Assembly (NCBI RefSeq): GCF_008065095.1
Contig: NZ_CP042911.1
Coordinates: 8,280,001 to 8,312,000, forward strand
Source of the DNA: Gemmata obscuriglobus
GTDB taxonomy: Bacteria; Planctomycetota; Planctomycetia; Gemmatales; Gemmataceae
Length of the DNA stretch: 32,000 nt
Direction: 5' to 3'
The notes under the pieces are model-generated. The model searched no databases. It was not told where the DNA came from and worked only from the letters and a program-made list of their open reading frames with translations. This document shows, piece by piece, positions 1 to 7,461 of the stretch (position 1 is its first letter; each line of letters opens with the position of its first letter). Both the position numbers and the translations under genes were made by a program.

Positions 1-540
1 TACAACCACCAGTTGAGGCTTGCGGACTGCGGTAAAAGAATCGCCGTTAATCGCGTTATAGAGGTCGGTAGAGTAGCACGATTCTAACCCATGGTGTGGA
101 GCCATGAGGACCGTTAGCCCGTGCTTGCCCAGCAGTGACTTTAGCGAAGGCTGGCGTCCGGTCTTGGTGTGCCAGTCCATCGTTGAGGGCGAAACCGTGG
201 CACCGAACCGGGTGTACCGCTTTTCCATGCCCTGCTTCTCGTCAAGTACGGTCGTCATGCCTTCCGGGGTCATGTCGCCAGGGAACAGAATCGAGTGGCT
301 ACCATGCTTATAATAAAACATGATGCTGGTAGTGTTGCCGTACTTGTTGTCGTCCGAGGGGTGTAGGATTTCGCACACTGGCGGACGAACGTAGTAAAGT
401 CCGTACTCCATGTTTGGTACGGTGAGGTTGCCATCGTACTTGATCGACTGGAGCGGCGGGTTGCGGCTGGCGTAGAGGGACTTGTAAGTTTCGATAAGTT
501 CCTCGGTGCCTTCGGGGTTGCCGTGCCGGTCCCAATTATA
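1..540 (-). pseudogene. C-terminal part of a ComEC-type MBL-fold metallo-hydrolase gene; separated from its N-terminal part (1770-2102) by an IS3-family insertion; runs off the left window edge
   Basis: Manual minus-strand translation (codons starting at 540, 537, ...) is stop-free for 180 codons: ...YNWDRHGNPEGTEELIETYKSLY...SIMFYYKHGSHSILFPGDMTPEGM...LTVLMAPHHGLESCYS... 'ILFPGD' and 'APHHG' match the distal metal-ligand motifs of ComEC/Rec2-like beta-lactamase-fold domains. It is absent from the ORF track because it has no stop inside the window. Confidence 0.75.
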
Positions 541-601
541 GTGGACCCCGAAAACTGGACCGCCGGTTAAGCTATACCGGAGGCCCAGGAAAGGGGAACC
601 C

Positions 602-889
602 ATGGCGGGCAAGCGGAAGAGTCACTCGGCGGCGTTCAAGGCCCAGGTCGCGCTGGCGGCCCTCAAGGGCGACAAGACCATCAACGAACTGGCGAGTCAG
701 CACGGCGTCCACCCGACCCTGATTCATGGGTGGAAGAAGCAGTTGCTCACCGGGGCCGAGGCCGTGTTCGCCTCGGGGGCGAAGGGCACCGGCCCCCCGG
801 AAGACAAGACGACCGAGTTGTACGAGCAGATCGGCCGCCTCAAGGTGGAACTCGACTGGGTGAAAAAAAAATCGGCCGCCCTCGGCTGA
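602..889 (+). CDS. IS3-family transposase OrfA (helix-turn-helix)
   Basis: 95 aa, MAGKRKSHSAAFKAQVALAALKGDKTINELASQHGVHPTLIHGWKKQLL..., followed by a coiled-coil-like tail (ELYEQIGRLKVELDWVKKK). This is the typical IS3/IS911 OrfA layout. Confidence 0.85.
   Translation: MAGKRKSHSAAFKAQVALAALKGDKTINELASQHGVHPTLIHGWKKQLLTGAEAVFASGAKGTGPPEDKTTELYEQIGRLKVELDWVKKKSAALG
863..871 (+). promoter_or_regulatory. A9 homopolymer in the orfA/orfB overlap: candidate recoding (frameshift / transcriptional slippage) site
   Basis: gtgAAAAAAAAAtcg lies in the last codons of orfA (..WVKKKSAALG*). The orfB frame opens at 864, immediately after a TGA at 861-863. Confidence 0.5.
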
Positions 890-959
890 GGCCAAGCGTG
901 CCCGGATCGAGGCCGAGCACCCGGAGCTGAGCGTCCGGCGCCAGTGCGAGCTGATCGGA

Positions 960-1730
960 TTGAACCGCTCGACGGTGTACTACGAGCCGACCCCGGAGAG
1001 CGCGGAGAACCTGACGCTGATGCGGTTGATCGACGAGCAGTACACGACGTGCCCGTTCTACGGGAGCCGGCGCCTGGCCGCGTGGCTGGGCACCCAGGGC
1101 CACGAGGTGAACCGCAAGCGGGTGCAGCGGCTGTTGCGGATCATGGGGTTGGAGGCCCTGTACCCCAAGCCCAAGCTGTCGGTCGGGTCCGGGCACAAGG
1201 TGTACCCGTACCTGTTGCGGGGCGTGGCCATCGACCGGGTCCATCAGGTGTGGAGCACGGACATCACGTACATCCCGATGCCCACCGGGTTCATGTACCT
1301 GGCCGCAACGATGGACTGGTTCAGCCGGTACGTGGTGGCCTGGCGACTGTCCAACACGTTGGACGGGTCATTCTGCCAGGACATGCTGGAGGAGGCCTTG
1401 GGCCGGGGCAAGCCGGAGGTGTTCAACACGGACCAGGGAGTCCAGTTCACGGCCGCCGCGTGGGTCGGGCGATTGGAGCGGGCCGGGGTCGCGGTGAGCA
1501 TGGACGGGCGGGGCCGGTGCCTGGACAACGTGTTCGTGGAGCGCCTGTGGCGGAGCGTCAAGTACGAGGACGTGTACCTCAAGGGTTACGAGTCGGTGCC
1601 GGCCCTGGAGAGTGGGCTCCGGGCGTACTTCGGGTTCTACAACACCGAGCGGTTACACCAGTCCCTGGACTACCGCACCCCGGCTCAGGTGTATGGCGTC
1701 GGAGCCACGAAGGCCCCGACGAAACAGTAG
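960..1730 (+). CDS. IS3-family transposase OrfB (DDE/rve integrase core)
   Basis: DDE contexts WSTDITYI, FNTDQGVQFT and DNVFVERLWRSVKYE. The frame is open from 864 (..RARIEAEHPELSVRRQCELIGLNRSTVYY), and the ORF-track start at 960 is a TTG. It lies in the +1 frame relative to orfA. Confidence 0.85.
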   Translation: MNRSTVYYEPTPESAENLTLMRLIDEQYTTCPFYGSRRLAAWLGTQGHEVNRKRVQRLLRIMGLEALYPKPKLSVGSGHKVYPYLLRGVAIDRVHQVWSTDITYIPMPTGFMYLAATMDWFSRYVVAWRLSNTLDGSFCQDMLEEALGRGKPEVFNTDQGVQFTAAAWVGRLERAGVAVSMDGRGRCLDNVFVERLWRSVKYEDVYLKGYESVPALESGLRAYFGFYNTERLHQSLDYRTPAQVYGVGATKAPTKQ

Positions 1731-1769
1731 CGAAGGATAGCAACTTTTTGGTCTAGACAATGGGGTCCA

Positions 1770-2102
1770 CTGTAAATTGAACTTTTCGACGTCGGACTTG
1801 TCGTTCGGGCAAGTAATCAAGTGGGGGCGGAGCTCGGATTCCTTCAGCGACTCACAGTTCTTGATGTGGTCCTCGTGCGGGTGCGAGAGGACCACTTGGG
1901 CGATCCTGTTACCCTTCGCGTCCGGGTACCCGCTGAGTTCGGGGACGAATTCCTTCTTGATGAACTTCGAGATGTCGAAGTCGTATTCCGAACCCATGTC
2001 CAGAATGAACCCGTGATTGAGTCCGGTACGCAGGAACGCACAGTTGCCACGTCCGACCGGAAAAACCCAGATGAACGAAGAATTGGGGTACGTCCAGGGC
2101 AT
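1770..2102 (-). pseudogene. N-terminal part of the ComEC-type MBL-fold metallo-hydrolase gene (interrupted by the IS3 element)
   Basis: MPWTYPNSSFIWVFPVGRGNCAFL...AQVVLSHPHEDHIKN contains the HxHxDH motif. SD-like AGGAG sits 9 nt upstream of the ATG at 2102. The ORF-track ORF 1653-2102 reads on into the IS end (..EKFNLQ|WTPL..). Deleting 541-1769 joins ..EKFNLQ to YNWDRHG.. in frame. Confidence 0.8.
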
Positions 2103-2136
2103 TGGGCCTTACTCCTGAATTGGCTTTTGGAACCTG

Positions 2137-3183
2137 TTAAGTGGCGGGGGTCTTTGGGGCTTCGGGTTTCTTGTCGTCCTTGATCGTGAGGAAACCGAAC
2201 ATGGCGTGAGTGACTCGGTATTCGGCAAATCGCCAATACCGGTGCCAGAGGAACCACGCAGCTATGCAGGACATTGCGGCCAAGAACAGCAGTCGCCCGC
2301 CGGTTAGCTCCATGCGGCCGATTGACGCGAACGCGAACCAGTTGGCGGACCGCAAGGACAAACCCGCCACGACAATCGCGAAGATGCCCAGCCAACCGCT
2401 TACCATTGCACAGGTTCTCTTGCCGCGGTCCCAGAACCCACCGGCAAGGAAAACAACCACCACGGCGACGATGACGCACCACACCGTAGGGATTTGAAGG
2501 AACGCAGGCCGCGGAACCTCGGGGTTGTCGTTCTGGCTGAGTACCCGAATGGCGAGCAACACGAAGCCGAGAACGATGAACACGGCCCCAACGAACGTGC
2601 CGCGGTAGAACCCTTCGCGGTAGACGTAGACTTCGCGTTCACCGATCTTGCCAGAGCGAATCACGGCGTCGTCGCAGAGCCGGTAAAGCCACTTCGGCTT
2701 CGCGTTCTCAACGTCAGCCCCTGTCAGTTCCTTCGCCTTCTTTTTGCAAGCGGCGACAATCTCGGGTTCGAGAACGGTGTTAATGGCATGGTCTTCGGCG
2801 GACTCGAAGCGGCGGACAATCGCGTTCCCGATCCCCTGAGCGACGTGCCCCGCGATGTAGGACGACACCAGAAACGTCCCCCACACTTCGGGGGTCTTGA
2901 TGTCGAAGTCGATGGCCGTTTGCGGGAAGAACGCGGCCCAGAAGATGAGCGACACCCCACCAGTCAGCACGGCACCGGGAAGAAGGTAGCCGAAGACTTC
3001 GTAGAGCGTCAGTTGCAGTTCTTTCACTTGGGCGTCTCGCAAGGAAAAACGGGGCTTCGCAGTTGGCACCCGTTTTGAACTCGGTGACTTAAGCTCAAAC
3101 ACCCAATTATTTAGAGTGCGCATCAAATCTGCAAGGTTGGTAGTGCGGGCGGCCAGTCGAGCCGCGGCTTGCGTGCGGAACAA
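2137..3183 (-). CDS. Multi-pass membrane protein of unknown function (~348 aa), directly upstream of the MBL-fold gene
   Basis: Long ORF with about six hydrophobic segments (e.g. VFGYLLPGAVLTGGVSLIFWAAFF, TFVGAVFIVLGFVLLAIRVL, VWCVIVAVVVVFLAGGFW, LLFLAAMSCIAAWFLW) and a ~90-aa soluble insert. GC is lower than the window average. The start is uncertain: TTG at 3183 or ATG at 3123. Confidence 0.7.
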   Translation of the reverse strand: MFRTQAAARLAARTTNLADLMRTLNNWVFELKSPSSKRVPTAKPRFSLRDAQVKELQLTLYEVFGYLLPGAVLTGGVSLIFWAAFFPQTAIDFDIKTPEVWGTFLVSSYIAGHVAQGIGNAIVRRFESAEDHAINTVLEPEIVAACKKKAKELTGADVENAKPKWLYRLCDDAVIRSGKIGEREVYVYREGFYRGTFVGAVFIVLGFVLLAIRVLSQNDNPEVPRPAFLQIPTVWCVIVAVVVVFLAGGFWDRGKRTCAMVSGWLGIFAIVVAGLSLRSANWFAFASIGRMELTGGRLLFLAAMSCIAAWFLWHRYWRFAEYRVTHAMFGFLTIKDDKKPEAPKTPAT

Positions 3184-3222
3184 TCAGCGGTCCGATTGAT
3201 CGTTGCAATTCGTTATCCTGAT

Positions 3223-3911
3223 TTAACTTGGGCGCGCGGATTCGGGAAGGTAGCTTCCCAATCTCGCGAGATCGGGCCGAACGCGCCGCCGAATCCTAAC
3301 GTTTTTCCGGGATTTCCGCACCCTGCGCGCCGACCGCGAACTGACCTCCTCCCGCCCGGATGTCAGCTCACGGTTGGCTGTGGGTCGGGCGTCATTCCGA
3401 GGCCGGTATAAGCAATCCCCATCCCGTAACCGACGTAACCGCACCATCACCTTCCACAGGTGGTGCGCGGCCAGTTTCGACATGCCGCAGGCCCGCGACT
3501 CACCGAGACTGGCCGAACGCGGCAACGTCCAGCTTGGCAAGTCTCGGTGAGTCGCTCCGCCGGGTGCGCGGCGACCGCTCGCCACCGTTTCCTATGGGCC
3601 TTCTTGTGGTCCGGGTGTACGTTCGCCACACCCTTGACCGTGACACCCGTTGACGCCCCGCGCGGCTTTCGCCCGGAACGCCGCACGTCCTTCGTGTTCG
3701 CGGTATCGCTTCCGCAACTCATCAGGATCGTGCCGCGGGCCGAAGCCGTGCAACGCCCGCGGGGCTTCTTCGCCCGGCGGTTGGTGACGTGCGCAAAGAG
3801 CAGAAATTCTGGGTGTGGTTTGTTTGGCTTGCCGGTGAACCTCGGCGCGGTAGAATCTCTCTCAGACACGGCGGCCGTTTCTCGAAAACGGTTGCCGTGG
3901 TGGCGGCCCAA
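3223..3911 (-). pseudogene. Frameshifted, 3'-truncated remnant of a tyrosine-integrase gene (N-terminal region only)
   Basis: Integrase-N-terminus-like pieces lie in different minus-strand frames. They are RFTGKPNKPHPEFLLFAHVTNRRAKK, then (shifted) ALHGFGPRHDPDELRKRYREHEG, then DVRRSGRKPRGASTGVTVKGVANVHPDHKK, then (shifted) GERSPRT. This follows the pattern I recall for planctomycete site-specific integrases (..KPxKPxPxFPLFxHxxGRWxKKIRGKLHYFGPWxDPDxAL..GRKPR..LTVxDLxNxFL..HKK..GELSPRT). No catalytic domain follows; the membrane-protein ORF begins at 3183. Confidence 0.45.
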
Positions 3912-4009
3912 GGGGTGTCAAGCACCCTATAGCCGCATCCAGGGTTATTGGGTATTTAAGTAAGAGCAGGCTCGGGTGTTGCTGATTCGCGAAGAATCGC
4001 AGCAAACAA

Positions 4010-4081
4010 GCCACCTTAGCACAGTGGTAGTGCACCGCTTTCGTAAAGCGGGGGTCCAGGGTTCAAATCCCTGAGGTGGCT
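4010..4081 (+). tRNA. tRNA-Thr (anticodon CGT)
   Basis: 72 nt with a full cloverleaf. Acceptor stem GCCACCT/AGGTGGC; D arm GCAC-AGTGGTA-GTGC; anticodon arm CCGCT-TTCGTAA-AGCGG; variable region GGGTC; T arm CAGGG-TTCAAAT-CCCTG; discriminator T. CCA is not encoded. Confidence 0.95.
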
Positions 4082-4318
4082 CTCAAGTTCGATGGGCGTA
4101 ATGCCCTGCAAATCACTGCGGATTGCTTGTTTTTCAGCCTCGCCACCGTTCCCAGCGGTCGCGGGGCTGATTCCATTTTCCGGCCCTGTCACCCACTCAG
4201 AACGCCCCTCACCCGTCGGCTTCCATATAAGCGTTGTGCAAGTCGAATCACTCTCCGCACTCGATTTCAGAGCCGCCACCGGTAGACGGGTCGCGGTCTT
4301 ATCGAGTTCCGACAGGTT
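4041..4318 (+). repeat. Direct repeat copy 1: tRNA-Thr 3' half plus ~240 nt of downstream non-coding sequence
   Basis: Aligns by eye with 7947-8228 in the same orientation, at very roughly 85% identity with few indels. The alignment starts in the anticodon loop (TCGTAAAGCGG). Weak similarity may continue ~25 nt further. Confidence 0.85.
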
Positions 4319-4542
4319 TCGTGCGTCCGGCGTGCAAATCGACCCGCGGTTGATCCCCGTCAAGTACGAAACACGCCGTCACGAGCGATGCCAACTGTGG
4401 AAGGGCGGAACGGGTGACGGTCCGGGAAGCCGTCCGGAACCGGCGACGGAAGAGGTTCTTGGTTCATGGGCGGCGCGGACGATGGCGCTTGGCACCGGGC
4501 GATGCGTCGGTCATGCTGGGGTGAGTTCAGCGAGGGGAGTCG

Positions 4543-5181
4543 ATGACGGAAGCGGAATGGCTGACCGGGAGTGAACCTGTCGCGATGCTTCGCGTGGGCG
4601 TCAGACCGCTATCCGACCGCCATCGGCGAATGATCGCAGTGGCGGCCTGTCAGACGATTCCGGTTGAGTGGCTTTGCGAGGGCCATCAAGATCTATTGCG
4701 ATGCGCTCAGCGTGCCGCTGATTGCCAGAGCGTGAAGTTAAACTCTGCATCAGTGCGAGATCGTTTATTAGAGTGCTGGATTCCTCAGGTCCACGACTAT
4801 AGTCTCGGCATGGCTGCACATTCTGCAATATCAAATTTATTGTCTGGAGATATTGAGGTTCTAATCAGGTGCGTTTCTAAGTTTCATCCGCCTAACGTGG
4901 GCCTCATGACTAAAGACTGCAACGCGCTGGCGTTGTTGGTTCGCGACATCGTCGGCAACCCGTTCCGCCCTGTCACCTTCGCCCCGTCCTGGCGTTCTGA
5001 CACCGCGCTGTCACTCGCGCAGGGCATGTACGAGTCCCGCGACTTCAGCGCGACGCCGATCCTCGCGGACGCCCTGCAAGACGCCGGGTGCGACAACGAC
5101 GACGTGCTCAACCACTGCCGCGGGCCGGGGCCGCACGTCCGCGGATGCTGGGTTGTGGACTTGGTGCTCGGGAAAGAATGA
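4543..5181 (+). CDS. Conserved planctomycete hypothetical protein ('MTEAEWL...NPFRP...ILADALQDAGCDNDD..HCR...HVRGCWVVD' family), paralog of 20706-21356
   Basis: 212 aa with GGGGAG 4 nt upstream of the ATG. The C-terminal ~90 aa are highly similar to the product of 20706-21356. The central part (about 4690-4905) has clearly lower GC than either end. Confidence 0.8.
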   Translation: MTEAEWLTGSEPVAMLRVGVRPLSDRHRRMIAVAACQTIPVEWLCEGHQDLLRCAQRAADCQSVKLNSASVRDRLLECWIPQVHDYSLGMAAHSAISNLLSGDIEVLIRCVSKFHPPNVGLMTKDCNALALLVRDIVGNPFRPVTFAPSWRSDTALSLAQGMYESRDFSATPILADALQDAGCDNDDVLNHCRGPGPHVRGCWVVDLVLGKE

Positions 5182-5220
5182 ACGCGGCGGTAGAAGTGCC
5201 GGGCGAGCGGACGTGCGTCA

Positions 5221-6821
5221 TACCAGTGCTATGCACATCTTGGATTTGTATAACTGATTGCGGATTGCTGATTTAGGGTTTTCACTGCGACGAAATTGGG
5301 GTTAACCGAGTGGTCGTGGGACGCGGGGTGGTGCGGGGTCCGCGACCCGGGACATGGAGGTCACCGTGATTCTGCCACCTCATCAGCGCGTCCCACGCTC
5401 CCAACCGCACGCGCCCACGGACTTCGCGCGCCAGGTCCTGGAGGGCCTGCCACTGGCCCACGCGTCGCTCGCACTCTTCGCCTATGGCGTTCCCGACCCG
5501 GTCCTCGCGGACCTCTACGAGCGACATCGGGGACGCGGCTATGAGGACGTCGTGACCTTCGCCCAACTGGTCACCTGGATCTTCGATGCGCTCATCGAAC
5601 ACCAGGGCTCGGGGCGGCAGGCCCACCTGCGACGCCACCGGCAACCCGACGACGGGTGCCACGAAGCGTTCTACGGCAAGCTCCGGCGCATCCCCCGGGG
5701 CCTGAGCGAAGCGTTCCTGCGGGACGTCACCGACCGGTTCACCGCCCTGTTCCCCGAGGTCGTCGCGCACCGCCTTCCGACCTCCTTCGACCGCCTGGAG
5801 GTTCTGATCCTCGACGGCAAGAGTCTCAAGAAGGTGGCCAAGCGACTCGTCGACACGCGGGGCACACCGGGCAAGCTCTTGGGCGGAAAACTGCTCGTGG
5901 CGTACCGGCCCCGTGACGGGTTGGTGCTCGACATGGCGGCCGATCTCGATGGCGAAACCAACGAGGCCAAACTGATCCCCGATTTGATGCCCCGAGTGCA
6001 CGCCCGAGGCGGTCCGGCGAAACTGGTGGTCGGGGATCGGTTGTTCTGTGCGTCGAAGCACTTCGCCGAGTTCACCAAGGACAATGGTCATTTCGTGGTG
6101 CGGTACGCGCGGACCCTGTCGTTCGAACCCGACCCGAAGCGCCCCGCGGTCACGACCGCGGACCCATCCCAACGAGCCGTGGTCGAAGAATGGGGGTGGG
6201 CCGGGAAGCCCAAGGACAAGCTCCGCCGGTACGTCCGGCGGATCACCGTCGCGCGCCCGGTGGGCGAAGCGATTACAATCCTCACGGACCTGCTCGATTC
6301 GGCCCCATACCCGGCGACCGATCTGTTGGACCTGTACCGCATCCGGTGGACCATCGAAGGCACGTTCCAAAAGGTGACGGCGATCTTCGCCCTGGGTCGG
6401 TTCATCGGTTCGACACCGGAGGCGACCGTGTTTCAGGCGTCGATGTGTTTCGTCCTCGCGAACGTGGTGCAGGTCCTCCAGGGCTATGTGGTTGCGAAGC
6501 GGAAGGTGACCATCGACGACCTCTCGACGGCGCAGTTCTGCACGGACTGGCATCGTCAGTTGGCCGCGCTCAAGGAGTTGGTCGAGGTGTCGATGATCGT
6601 GTCCCTGATCCCGACGGATCAGACGGCAGAGAGTGTGGGAACGTTGTTGGATCAGTTATTGGGCACGATGTGGAAGCCGGGCTGGGACAAGACACGCAAC
6701 AAGGCGCCCCGTGCCCACCCGCACGCCGCGAAACAGAAGGGGGCACACACCTCCGTCCAACGGCGTCGACAAGCCCACAAGCCCAACGAGGATCCCTGAA
6801 CTCAGTTGTGCACAGCACTGG
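5221..6821 (+). mobile_element. IS4-family insertion sequence (~1.6 kb)
   Basis: Terminal inverted repeats CCAGTGCTATGCACA (5223-5237) and TGTGCACAGCACTGG (6807-6821), 14/15 complementary. Possible 5-bp target duplication CGTCA (5216-5220 / 6822-6826). Contains a single DDE transposase ORF. Confidence 0.8.
5354..6799 (+). CDS. IS4-family DDE transposase
   Basis: 481 aa. Candidate DDE contexts are LILDGKSL, VVGDRLF and YRIRWTIEGTFQKV (the Y-x2-R-x3-E block characteristic of IS4-type transposases). Confidence 0.85.
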   Translation: MEVTVILPPHQRVPRSQPHAPTDFARQVLEGLPLAHASLALFAYGVPDPVLADLYERHRGRGYEDVVTFAQLVTWIFDALIEHQGSGRQAHLRRHRQPDDGCHEAFYGKLRRIPRGLSEAFLRDVTDRFTALFPEVVAHRLPTSFDRLEVLILDGKSLKKVAKRLVDTRGTPGKLLGGKLLVAYRPRDGLVLDMAADLDGETNEAKLIPDLMPRVHARGGPAKLVVGDRLFCASKHFAEFTKDNGHFVVRYARTLSFEPDPKRPAVTTADPSQRAVVEEWGWAGKPKDKLRRYVRRITVARPVGEAITILTDLLDSAPYPATDLLDLYRIRWTIEGTFQKVTAIFALGRFIGSTPEATVFQASMCFVLANVVQVLQGYVVAKRKVTIDDLSTAQFCTDWHRQLAALKELVEVSMIVSLIPTDQTAESVGTLLDQLLGTMWKPGWDKTRNKAPRAHPHAAKQKGAHTSVQRRRQAHKPNEDP

Positions 6822-6823
6822 CG

Positions 6824-7012
6824 TCAGCCTCCTGCGGGGCGAGCGCCAGCGGCGTACAACAGGACAAAGAACACAGCGGTCGGCGCCCAGGCCGCGAACA
6901 GCGAGGTCAGGCCCAAGGACAGAAGCGCCCGCCGGTCGCGCTGGCGGAACGTTGCCAGAACCAGAAGAACGATTCCCAGCACTGTCACCAGACCACCGAA
7001 CGCAAGCGTCAT
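6824..7012 (-). CDS. Possible small membrane protein (62 aa, two hydrophobic helices)
   Basis: MTLAFGGLVTVLGIVLLVLATF...LGLTSLFAAWAPTAVFFVLLYAA. Third-codon positions are GC-rich. No clear SD. The stop codon lies inside the putative CGTCA duplication at the IS4 right end. Confidence 0.3.
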   Translation of the reverse strand: MTLAFGGLVTVLGIVLLVLATFRQRDRRALLSLGLTSLFAAWAPTAVFFVLLYAAGARPAGG

Positions 7013-7461
7013 TCAGTAAAAGACGAACATCATCACAAGGCCCTTCGGTAAGATCGGCGCTCGCGACCCGCCTGATCGTGTAACCGTGATCGCAAAAGTA
7101 ACAGCAACCGCCTCTTTTGCGAATCGACCGCACCACTTGCTCGCCCACGACACCGGAAACACCCGTTCGCGCGTTGCGGGTGTAGAGGGGATTTGACATC
7201 GTTCGCCTGGGAAAGGAGTGCCGGCGAACGGGATTGTTGAACGTCGGAGGTGGGACACGAAGAGCGGGGCCAATAGTGGCACAACTCGGAATAAATCTAA
7301 AAATAATAAATAAACCATTTGATATTGTGCGCTGGCGAAATTCTGAAATGATGGGGAGTGAGTCGCTAAGGCGGTGGGACTCGGGGCCGCGGGACTTTCC
7401 TCGCTTGCCCTTTCACCCGTCAGCTTGAGGGTGACGCCAAACCCGATCTGGATGCACATCC

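Larger units (their letters stand above)
542..1769 (+). mobile_element. IS3-family insertion sequence (~1.23 kb) inserted into the MBL-fold gene
   Basis: Terminal inverted repeats TGGACCCC (542-549) / GGGGTCCA (1762-1769) give the TG...CA ends typical of IS3. End similarity continues a few nt outward. The element carries orfA + orfB with an A9 run in the overlap. Its GC is higher than the flanking low-GC genes. No unambiguous target-site duplication seen. Confidence 0.85.

Noticed and set aside
944-1756. 270-aa plus-strand ORF overlapping IS3 orfB in another frame
   Set aside because: It is a Gly/Arg/Pro-rich shadow, and the DDE motifs are in the 960-1730 frame.
4076-4285. Paralogous small ORFs through both repeat copies (MALKFDGRNAL.. 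at 4076-4285 and MALRLDGRNAL.. at 7986-8318; also minus-strand 4016-4363 and 8037-8405)
   Set aside because: Differences between the copies show no third-position bias, several ORFs overlap the tRNA itself, and the region contains conserved hairpins. Non-coding conservation is more likely.
5282-6553. 423-aa minus-strand ORF opposite the IS4 transposase
   Set aside because: It is antisense to a transposase with clear DDE/YREK-type motifs, and its own translation is Arg-rich with no recognisable features.
6570-7199. 209-aa minus-strand ORF (MSNPLYTRNARTG...)
   Set aside because: It runs across the IS4 right boundary into the transposase 3' region, overlaps the small membrane ORF in another frame, and loses GC3 bias after ~50 codons. 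At most a short N-terminal piece could be real.
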